A stretch of 64,000 nt of DNA, taken from a bacterium. Lineage in GTDB: Bacteria > Bdellovibrionota_B > Oligoflexia > Oligoflexales > CAIYRB01. The notes under the pieces are model-generated. The model was not told the origin of the DNA and did no database searches. It was given only the letters and a program-made list of their open reading frames with translations. The DNA lies in the NCBI GenBank assembly GCA_900299215.1, contig OMIY01000382.1, positions 10,206-74,205 on the forward strand. The letters run 5' to 3'. Shown one piece after another: positions 57,076 to 64,000 of the stretch (its first letter is position 1; the number at the start of each line of letters is the position of its first letter). The translations under genes were made by a program, and so were the position numbers.

Positions 57076-58836
57076 ATGCTTAACATTCGCAATGCTTCCT
57101 TAGTAACCGTGTTAATAGTAATGACTGGCTGCGCTAAAAATGACGGCTCAGGCAACGAGCAGACTAACGGCATCAATCCTGACTTAGCCGCCGAGTACAA
57201 CCGATTGCCCGATACGGTGCTAGTTGGCGTGCGGGAAAATGGTGACTCCAGTGAAATGAGGATTCCGCCAAAGGGGGCTTCGATTAAGGACGCTAGTTCA
57301 GCGTTGGAGGCCTTTGAGACTGGTTCAGATGCTAAGGTTGCCAACATATCCAGTGAACTTGATAAGTCCAGCTCTGAGCCAGCTTGGGCACCAGTTCAAG
57401 GATTAATCGGACTTGGTACCTTTGTGCCTCAGGTCTATTCGATGGTTAACCTTGGTTACACCTTCAACTATGGCTACACCAACGTCTATCAGACAGGTGG
57501 ATATTCCATCTATTCCTATCAAAAGCCAGTATGCAGTCCACCTTACTGCAATCCGGGCGCTGGTGGCATTGGCGCGGGCAGCGGCATAGCTGGTGGTTAT
57601 ATTTCGAAGTATGACGAGTACCTTGCCAGTGCATTCAAAAAATTCGGCGTGTACGCCGTGGGTGAAAAGGAATTTTACCGAGGGAGCAAAGAAAAGTACG
57701 CCCTTGGTGAACGTCTGTTTAACGACCCAATTCTTTCGACATCTAATGGTGTGTCCTGTGCATCTTGCCACGTCGCGAGCCAAGGAACGACCATCTGGAC
57801 AAGTTTCTCACCCACTGGATACGTGATTTCTGGCGAAAAGAAAGGTGCGGTCACAGTCAAGGATCTGCTGCCGCGCAATCCGCCAGCACTTTACAACCTA
57901 GGGCACTCGTCGTTCCGCAACATGTTCTGGGACAGCCGCGTAGCAGCTGCACCCCATGGTGTGAATGGTTATATCACGCCAGCTGGAGTCGAGACCCCTC
58001 CTGGTTTAGACAACGCACTAGCTGCTCAAGCACTTTTCCCGCTCGCATCGGAGAAGGAAATGGCAGGATGTGCGGCGTTTGTTAATAATACCAATCAATC
58101 TCGTTCATATACGGATATCTGGAAAGAGATTTTGGCTCGTGTGCTCAGTAAGAAAGAGTACCAGGCTATGTTTAGTGCAGCTTATCCAGAAATGAACGGA
58201 GGCGGGTTTGGTATCCAGCATCTTGCAAATGCCATTGCAGCATATGAATCCGAAAAATTTGTCGCCATCAACTCGCCATTTGACGAGTACCTACGTGGCA
58301 ATTACGGCGCCTTGACCGAAAATCAGAAGCGTGGTGCATTTTACTTCTATGGTAAGGGTGGCTGCGGCACTTGCCATTCCGGACCGTTCCAAACAGATTA
58401 CCTCCATCACGGCGTCGCAGTCGTTCAAGTTGGGCCAGGTGAAGGTGATGGCCCGATGAAATGGGATGACTTTGGATACGGCCGCGTAACGCACAATCCT
58501 AAGGATAATTGGAAGTTTAAGACCATGCCTTTACGTAATATCACCCACACCGGTCCGTGGGGGCACGATGGCGCATATGGCACACTTTACTCCTTCGTCC
58601 AGCATTATTACGATCCAGTAGCGGCCTTTGATAAATGGCAGCCATCCGAGCTGATCATGCCAAAAGGTTTTGGTTTGATGCCTGAAGTGATCGCTCCCTG
58701 GTATGACAAAAAGATGGCTAAGGGCATTAAATATGCGAACGATGCCAAGCCGAATCGCCTTGGTAGACATGAAGTAGACGCAATGATCGACTTCTTAACT
58801 ACCTTGACTGATCATAAGTCACTGGGTTCCAAGTAA
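57076..58836 (+). CDS. Di-haem cytochrome c peroxidase / MauG-family lipoprotein with a ~190-aa N-terminal extension
   Basis: Lipobox MTGCA; two CxxCH haem motifs (CASCH, CGTCH); PLRNITHTGPWGHDG, typical of CCP/MauG. The GAGG RBS lies 5 nt upstream of the ATG. Confidence 0.85.
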   Translation: MLNIRNASLVTVLIVMTGCAKNDGSGNEQTNGINPDLAAEYNRLPDTVLVGVRENGDSSEMRIPPKGASIKDASSALEAFETGSDAKVANISSELDKSSSEPAWAPVQGLIGLGTFVPQVYSMVNLGYTFNYGYTNVYQTGGYSIYSYQKPVCSPPYCNPGAGGIGAGSGIAGGYISKYDEYLASAFKKFGVYAVGEKEFYRGSKEKYALGERLFNDPILSTSNGVSCASCHVASQGTTIWTSFSPTGYVISGEKKGAVTVKDLLPRNPPALYNLGHSSFRNMFWDSRVAAAPHGVNGYITPAGVETPPGLDNALAAQALFPLASEKEMAGCAAFVNNTNQSRSYTDIWKEILARVLSKKEYQAMFSAAYPEMNGGGFGIQHLANAIAAYESEKFVAINSPFDEYLRGNYGALTENQKRGAFYFYGKGGCGTCHSGPFQTDYLHHGVAVVQVGPGEGDGPMKWDDFGYGRVTHNPKDNWKFKTMPLRNITHTGPWGHDGAYGTLYSFVQHYYDPVAAFDKWQPSELIMPKGFGLMPEVIAPWYDKKMAKGIKYANDAKPNRLGRHEVDAMIDFLTTLTDHKSLGSK

Positions 58837-58851
58837 AGTACTAATCTGTAA

Positions 58852-58882
58852 AGCCGGGAGCTCTGTGAGTTCCCGGCTTTTG
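58852..58882 (+). terminator. Rho-independent terminator of the ccp-like gene
   Basis: AGCCGGGA, an 11-nt loop, TCCCGGCT, followed by TTTT. Confidence 0.8.
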
Positions 58883-59089
58883 GTTGTTTAGAGCTTTTAC
58901 AAAACTTTGACTAATCAAAATTTCCTGATTCAGGTCTAAAATATACTGCAATTATAGCCATTTCTTTTTCATTCCTAAAATGAATCTTTAAAATAGAAAT
59001 TATATACTTTCATATATTGGCCGCCTGGCCGACTGTGATGGTGCTTTTTTACATCTGGCATTTTCAGCATGAGGTGGGAAGAACGCATC

Positions 59090-62000
59090 ATGACAGTATT
59101 TAACCAGCGGCAAGGCCTCTATGACCCCCGATTTGAGCGTGATGGCTGCGGTATTGGTGCCATAGTAAATATGCGCGGAGAGCGCACACATACGGTAGTA
59201 CGCCAGGCTCTGATGATTTTGCAAAATTTACGGCATCGTGGCGCTACGGGCTATGACGCTGAAACTGGCGATGGTGCTGGTATCATCTTGCAGAAGCCCC
59301 ATGATTTTTTAGCCGACATTGCTGAACCTCTAGGAATTAATCTACCCTCGGCGAGTGACTATGCAGTCGGGATGGTGTTTTTGCCTACGGCTGAAAGTCA
59401 GCAACATGCCATTTGGGAAATTTTCCAAGCTCAGACGGAGCGTGTTGGATTAGAGTGGCTGGGTTATCGGCAGGTGCCGGTTGATCCAAGTGTGCTAGGT
59501 GAGGCCGCCGCTGCAGTGCAGCCGGCAGTATTTCAGATCTTTATTGGTCGTGGCAGTGCGCAGGACGAACTAGCCTTTAATCGGAGCCTTTATTTAGCTC
59601 GTAGACTTAGTGAAAAAATTATTTTTCTACAGTTGCCTGATGCAACCGAGACGTTTCATGTTGCAAGCCTCTCGGTAAGCACCATTGTTTATAAAGGCAT
59701 GCTATTACCCGAGCAGGTATCATCATATTTTGTTGACCTAACTGACCCTCGCTTAACTTCTGCATTAGCAGCCGTACACTCGCGATTTAGCACTAATACT
59801 TTTCCTGCGTGGCGCCTCGCTCACCCGTTCCGCTGGTTGTGCCACAACGGCGAAATTAATACGATTCGTGGCAATGTGAATTGGTTTAGGGCAAGAGAAG
59901 TAAGTCTGGCCAATGAACTCTTTGGTGAATTCGCTGAGGAGTTGCGCCCCCTAATCAGAGCAGATCAGAGCGACTCGGCGAGTTTGGATGATGCTGTTGA
60001 GCTTTTGATCCTAACGGGTCGCAGTGTTGATGAGGCTTTGCGCATCCTCATTCCTGAAGCCTGGCAAAAAAATAGTTTCACAGATCAAGCAAGAAGAGCG
60101 CACTGTGAATACAACGCTACCCTAATGGAACCGTGGGATGGTCCTGCTGCTCTGTGCTTTACAGATGGAGTGCGGCTTGGCGTTGCGTTGGATCGAAGTG
60201 GGCTGCGTCCATGTCGCTACACTGTTACCACTGATGATACTGTGATCCTGGCTTCCGAAGCTGGTGTGTTACCAGTTGCTGCTGAAAGAGTAAAAATATG
60301 GGGTAAATTGAGACCTGGAGAGATGCTTGTCATCGACACCAAGCAGCATCGCATTCTTAGTGACTTTGAGCTTAAATCCGAATCCGCGGCTGCGTTTGAT
60401 TACGTGGGGTGGGTAGAACGACATATAACAGAACTCGAGCAAAATTGTGACATTCAAGCTGAGGTCCTTGACAACCTCAGCCGTCAGCAATCTACTTTTG
60501 CATATACCCGCGAAGAACTAAATATGGTGTTGACCTCTATCGCTAATAGCGGCGACGAAGTAGTCAGCTCTATGGGTGATGATACTCCATTGGCCATACT
60601 CTCGCAGAGGCCAAGACTACTTTTTGATTATTTCAAACAGCAATTCGCCCAGGTCACAAATCCACCAATAGATCCCTTGCGCGAGGACATGGTCATGTCG
60701 CTCACCATGTATTTGGGATCCAAAGGTAATCTAGCAGCTCCGCCATCCTCATCCGCACTTTTAGTTAAGCTCGAGTCGCCGGTGCTGAACCCTGGTGAGC
60801 TTAAATCTTTGGAGAGTATTCCTGCTCTGAAGAGCTGCAAATTATCTACTCTATTTTCACCAGCAAGTGGTGTCGCTGGCATGCGAATGGCACTGAGTGA
60901 ATTAGTTTGCGACGCTGTCAAGCAGGTTCGCTGTGGCTCGGCACTACTTATCCTCAGCGATCGTGGGGTAAATGAAGAACATGCAGCAATTCCAAGTGTT
61001 CTTGCAGTGGCAGCGGTACATCATGAATTGGTCAAGCTTGGACTGCGGACACGGGCAGATATCATTGCAGAAACAGGGGAGGCACGGAATCCACATCACT
61101 TCGCCTGTCTAATTGGTTATGGCGCTGCTGCGATTGTTCCATATTTGGCGATGGCGTCGATTAATCATCTCATCAACAGTGGAAATCTTAAAGACAACGT
61201 CACCTATCAGTTGGCAGTTAAATCTTTTATTAAGGGCAGCCAAAAGGGTTTGCTCAAGATCATGTCCAAGATGGGCATTACAACTCTTCAGTCATACTGC
61301 GGTGCCCAAATCTTCGAGGCTATTGGCCTTTCATTCCAGCTTATAGATGATTTTTTTCCTGGTACAGCTAGTCGCTTAGCCGGTCTTACCTTCGATGATC
61401 TAGCGCGTGAAACGATTGCACGGCACCGTTACAGTTTTGATTTCGCGACATCTCCCGCGGAATTGCCTCCTATTGGTGGATTTATACACTACCGATTTGG
61501 TGGCGAGCAGCATGCTTGGAGCCCGGAGGCTATTGCAAAACTGCAGCAAGCTACTGCGTCAGGCAGTTTTACCGCATATGATGATTTTAGGCGATTAGCG
61601 AACGCCGAAAATGCTCCCGTGACAGCTCTGCGGCACCTACTAACACCACTAAAGCAAAGAGCTAAGGTCGACATCACGTCGGTAGAGTCAGCGTCGGAAA
61701 TTGTGAAGCGCTTCACTACTGGTGCTATGTCTCTCGGAGCTATTAGTCAAGAGTCGCACGAGGCCCTGGCAATCGCCATGAACCTAATCGGGGGCAAGAG
61801 TAATACCGGTGAAGGTGGCGAAGATCCGGTGCGCTTCCAGCCTGAATCTGCAAGCGTATCTCGCAACTCTGCCATCAAGCAGGTGGCATCAGGTCGCTTT
61901 GGTGTGACTATTCATTATCTGACAAATGCCGACGAGATTCAGATTAAAATTGCCCAGGGTGCCAAGCCTGGTGAAGGAGGTCAGCTGCCTGGTCATAAGG

Positions 62001-63625
62001 TCGATGCGCAAATTGCCAAGTTACGCCATTCGACTCCTGGTGTTCAGCTAATTTCACCTCCTCCACATCACGATATTTATTCGATTGAAGATCTTGCACA
62101 GTTAATTTTTGACTTGAAAAGCGCCAATCCGCGTGCGCGTGTTTCAGTAAAGTTGGTTTCAGAGGCAGGCATTGGTGCAGTTGCAGTCGGTGTGGCAAAA
62201 GCCGGTGCAGATAAAATTCTGGTGGCCGGTGATAACGGTGGTACTGGAGCGTCACCCTTAAGCTCGATCAAACATGCAGGAGCTCCTTGGGAACTTGGTC
62301 TTGCAGAGGTACATCAGACTTTAATTATTAATAGATTGCGTGATCGTGTAATCATTGAGACTGATGGGCAACTTCGAACCGGGCGTGACGTTTTGATTGC
62401 CGCTGCCTTAGGTGCAGACGAATTTGGCTTTTCAACGGCTCCGCTCATTGTTCAAGGTTGTATTATGATGCGAAAATGTCATCTTAATACTTGCCCAGTT
62501 GGAATCGCCACTCAAGACCCAGAGCTACGCAAGCGATTTAGCGGCAAGCCAGAACATGTTATAAACTACTTCTTCTTTGTTGCCGAAGAGATTAGAGAGC
62601 TTATGGCAGATCTAGGCATCACGCGATTTGCCGAGCTCGTCGGGCGGACAGATCTTCTAGGCCAAAGACGTGTTGAAGGTCCAAGTAAGTCTCGGCATTT
62701 AGATCTAAAGCCTTTACTTCATAAGCCGCAAATCGCACCAAAGTTCACCAAGCCAGCGGGAAGTTTTACTCCCGATAACTATGACGAATCTCTATTGCAG
62801 CAATGCCGTCCTGCACTTGAAGATCGAACACCCGTAGTCCTATCGCGTCGAATCAATAATTCGCGTCGAGCAACTGGGACTTTGCTCTCTGGAGAGATAG
62901 CCCGACGCTTTGGAGCAGAAGGGCTTTCTGATGGAAGTATTACACTTCGCTTTGAGGGTATAGCCGGACAGTCCTTCGGAGCATTTTTAGCTCCAGGTGT
63001 CACAGCCAGTTTGGTCGGAGCTGCCAATGATTATGTAGGCAAAGGTCTAAGTGGTGGGCGTATTGCCATCGCGGCACCTAAGCAGGCCCAATTTGAGTCT
63101 GAGGTACCTGTCGTCATTGGCAACACAACTTTATATGGTGCGACCTCCGGATCGCTTTATGTTGCCGGCGCTGCAGGAGAGCGATTTGCTGTGCGTAACA
63201 GCGGCGCATTTGCAGTGGTTGAGGGGGTAGGTGACCACGGTTGTGAGTATATGACTGGCGGTGTTGTCGTAGTGCTTGGTAACGTTGGGCGAAATTTTGC
63301 TGCTGGAATGTCTGGTGGTGTTGCCTACGTGCTGGATACCGACGGCCTCTTTCATCTGCGCTGCAATCCAGGGCTCGTCGAATTAAGGAGACTATCGCCC
63401 GCCGGGGACGAAGCTGATGTGTCTTTATTGCGCCAGATGATTCATCGGCATGTTGCTCACACGCAGAGCTCAAGAGCTCAAACTATTTTGACTAATTGGG
63501 AATGGCATGTGGCCAAATTTGTGAAAGTGGCTCCCAAGTCTGATGGTGCCAAATGCAGCAAGAATTCAGGGCGTACTAAATCAGCTCCAAGAACATTTGG
63601 CCATGAGGTTCAAAGCCATGTCTGA
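59090..63625 (+). CDS. gltB: Glutamate synthase large subunit
   Basis: N-terminal amidotransferase region ERDGCGIG, the FMN and GXGXG domains, and the C-terminal [11 protein letters not shown]. The ATG at 59090 is preferred because it has a GAGGTGGGA RBS; the track ORF starts at 59069. Confidence 0.95.
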   Translation: MTVFNQRQGLYDPRFERDGCGIGAIVNMRGERTHTVVRQALMILQNLRHRGATGYDAETGDGAGIILQKPHDFLADIAEPLGINLPSASDYAVGMVFLPTAESQQHAIWEIFQAQTERVGLEWLGYRQVPVDPSVLGEAAAAVQPAVFQIFIGRGSAQDELAFNRSLYLARRLSEKIIFLQLPDATETFHVASLSVSTIVYKGMLLPEQVSSYFVDLTDPRLTSALAAVHSRFSTNTFPAWRLAHPFRWLCHNGEINTIRGNVNWFRAREVSLANELFGEFAEELRPLIRADQSDSASLDDAVELLILTGRSVDEALRILIPEAWQKNSFTDQARRAHCEYNATLMEPWDGPAALCFTDGVRLGVALDRSGLRPCRYTVTTDDTVILASEAGVLPVAAERVKIWGKLRPGEMLVIDTKQHRILSDFELKSESAAAFDYVGWVERHITELEQNCDIQAEVLDNLSRQQSTFAYTREELNMVLTSIANSGDEVVSSMGDDTPLAILSQRPRLLFDYFKQQFAQVTNPPIDPLREDMVMSLTMYLGSKGNLAAPPSSSALLVKLESPVLNPGELKSLESIPALKSCKLSTLFSPASGVAGMRMALSELVCDAVKQVRCGSALLILSDRGVNEEHAAIPSVLAVAAVHHELVKLGLRTRADIIAETGEARNPHHFACLIGYGAAAIVPYLAMASINHLINSGNLKDNVTYQLAVKSFIKGSQKGLLKIMSKMGITTLQSYCGAQIFEAIGLSFQLIDDFFPGTASRLAGLTFDDLARETIARHRYSFDFATSPAELPPIGGFIHYRFGGEQHAWSPEAIAKLQQATASGSFTAYDDFRRLANAENAPVTALRHLLTPLKQRAKVDITSVESASEIVKRFTTGAMSLGAISQESHEALAIAMNLIGGKSNTGEGGEDPVRFQPESASVSRNSAIKQVASGRFGVTIHYLTNADEIQIKIAQGAKPGEGGQLPGHKVDAQIAKLRHSTPGVQLISPPPHHDIYSIEDLAQLIFDLKSANPRARVSVKLVSEAGIGAVAVGVAKAGADKILVAGDNGGTGASPLSSIKHAGAPWELGLAEVHQTLIINRLRDRVIIETDGQLRTGRDVLIAAALGADEFGFSTAPLIVQGCIMMRKCHLNTCPVGIATQDPELRKRFSGKPEHVINYFFFVAEEIRELMADLGITRFAELVGRTDLLGQRRVEGPSKSRHLDLKPLLHKPQIAPKFTKPAGSFTPDNYDESLLQQCRPALEDRTPVVLSRRINNSRRATGTLLSGEIARRFGAEGLSDGSITLRFEGIAGQSFGAFLAPGVTASLVGAANDYVGKGLSGGRIAIAAPKQAQFESEVPVVIGNTTLYGATSGSLYVAGAAGERFAVRNSGAFAVVEGVGDHGCEYMTGGVVVVLGNVGRNFAAGMSGGVAYVLDTDGLFHLRCNPGLVELRRLSPAGDEADVSLLRQMIHRHVAHTQSSRAQTILTNWEWHVAKFVKVAPKSDGAKCSKNSGRTKSAPRTFGHEVQSHV

Positions 63626-64000
63626 CCCAACTGGATTTCTCGAAATTCCTCGGCAAAAGACAGCCTATCGGCCAATAAAGGAAAGGATTAAGGATTGGGA
63701 TTACATAGGGCCCAGGACTTTGCCATCCGATCAAAATGCTCAGCAAGCCCGTCGCTGTATGGATTGTGGTGTGCCATTTTGTCAAAGTGACTTTGGCTGT
63801 CCTGTGCATAATGTGATCCCAGAATGGAATAGTTTAGTCAGTTCGGGCCGATGGGAAGAAGCTCTCAATAGATTGCATGCTACTAATAATTTTCCTGAGT
63901 TTACTGGCTTTCTCTGCCCGGCACCTTGTGAAAATGCTTGCGTCTTGAATCGAGATGGTCAGCCGGTGACTATCCGCGAGGTTGAATTAGCAATCATTGA
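63618..64000 (+). CDS. gltD: Glutamate synthase small subunit (partial, runs off the window)
   Basis: Manual translation gives [29 protein letters not shown]...[10 protein letters not shown]...[11 protein letters not shown]...[19 protein letters not shown]. It overlaps the gltB stop by 8 nt. Confidence 0.9.
   Translation, partial: MSDPTGFLEIPRQKTAYRPIKERIKDWDYIGPRTLPSDQNAQQARRCMDCGVPFCQSDFGCPVHNVIPEWNSLVSSGRWEEALNRLHATNNFPEFTGFLCPAPCENACVLNRDGQPVTIREVELAII

Noticed and set aside
56792-58836. tRNA-Met-adjacent AT-rich DNA plus the ccp-like gene as a genomic island or integrated element
   Set aside because: There is no integrase, no excisionase and no direct repeat of the tRNA 3' end downstream. 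The only cargo is a single metabolic gene followed by core gltBD.
1-64000. Looked for CRISPR arrays, IS elements/transposases, reverse transcriptases (retron/DGR/group II intron), toxin-antitoxin pairs and known defence-system signatures
   Set aside because: No regularly spaced direct repeats, no terminal inverted repeats flanking an ORF, no DDE, RT (YxDD), integrase or nuclease-NTPase defence motifs were seen in any ORF translation.

Overview
The window is a gene-dense (about 90% coding) bacterial chromosomal segment of roughly 48-50% GC. I saw no rRNA, CRISPR array, transposase, integrase or phage genes. Most of it is recognisable housekeeping: dtd, folE, tsaC, lipB, panC, plsB, rsgA, dprA-smg-topA, aspS, tsaD, rsmA, rppH, carAB, gltBD, a thiolase, an acyl-CoA dehydrogenase and a DEAD-box helicase. 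There are two tRNAs, Pro-GGG and Met/CAU. Interspersed is an unusually high load of cell-envelope proteins with no assignable function: TPR lipoproteins, beta-barrel-like secreted proteins, LysM, an SLT transglycosylase and an O-antigen-ligase-like protein. Cyclic-nucleotide sensing parts are also present (PilZ and a cNMP-binding domain). The gene content (a short RppH, RodZ, PlsB, many TPR lipoproteins, c-di-GMP parts) suggests a Bdellovibrio-like predatory bacterium, but that is a low-confidence inference. The four most interesting candidates are as follows. (1) A 459-bp intergenic region (9853-10311) carries sequence cores resembling a c-di-GMP-I (GEMM-I) riboswitch, a sigma28-like -35 box and its own intrinsic terminator, with no ORF attached. 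This resembles the standalone merRNA of Bdellovibrio. (2) A ~9.3-kb translationally coupled operon (37697-47013) encodes an SLT lytic transglycosylase, a coiled-coil periplasmic protein, three very large TPR/helical-repeat exported proteins with no catalytic domain, and a response regulator. (3) That response regulator is interrupted by a -1 frameshift at a T6 run. (4) A PilZ gene sits inside an envelope gene string of O-antigen-ligase-like, CpoB-like and LysM genes. All calls come from reading the sequence and ORF translations by eye; no database search was run.
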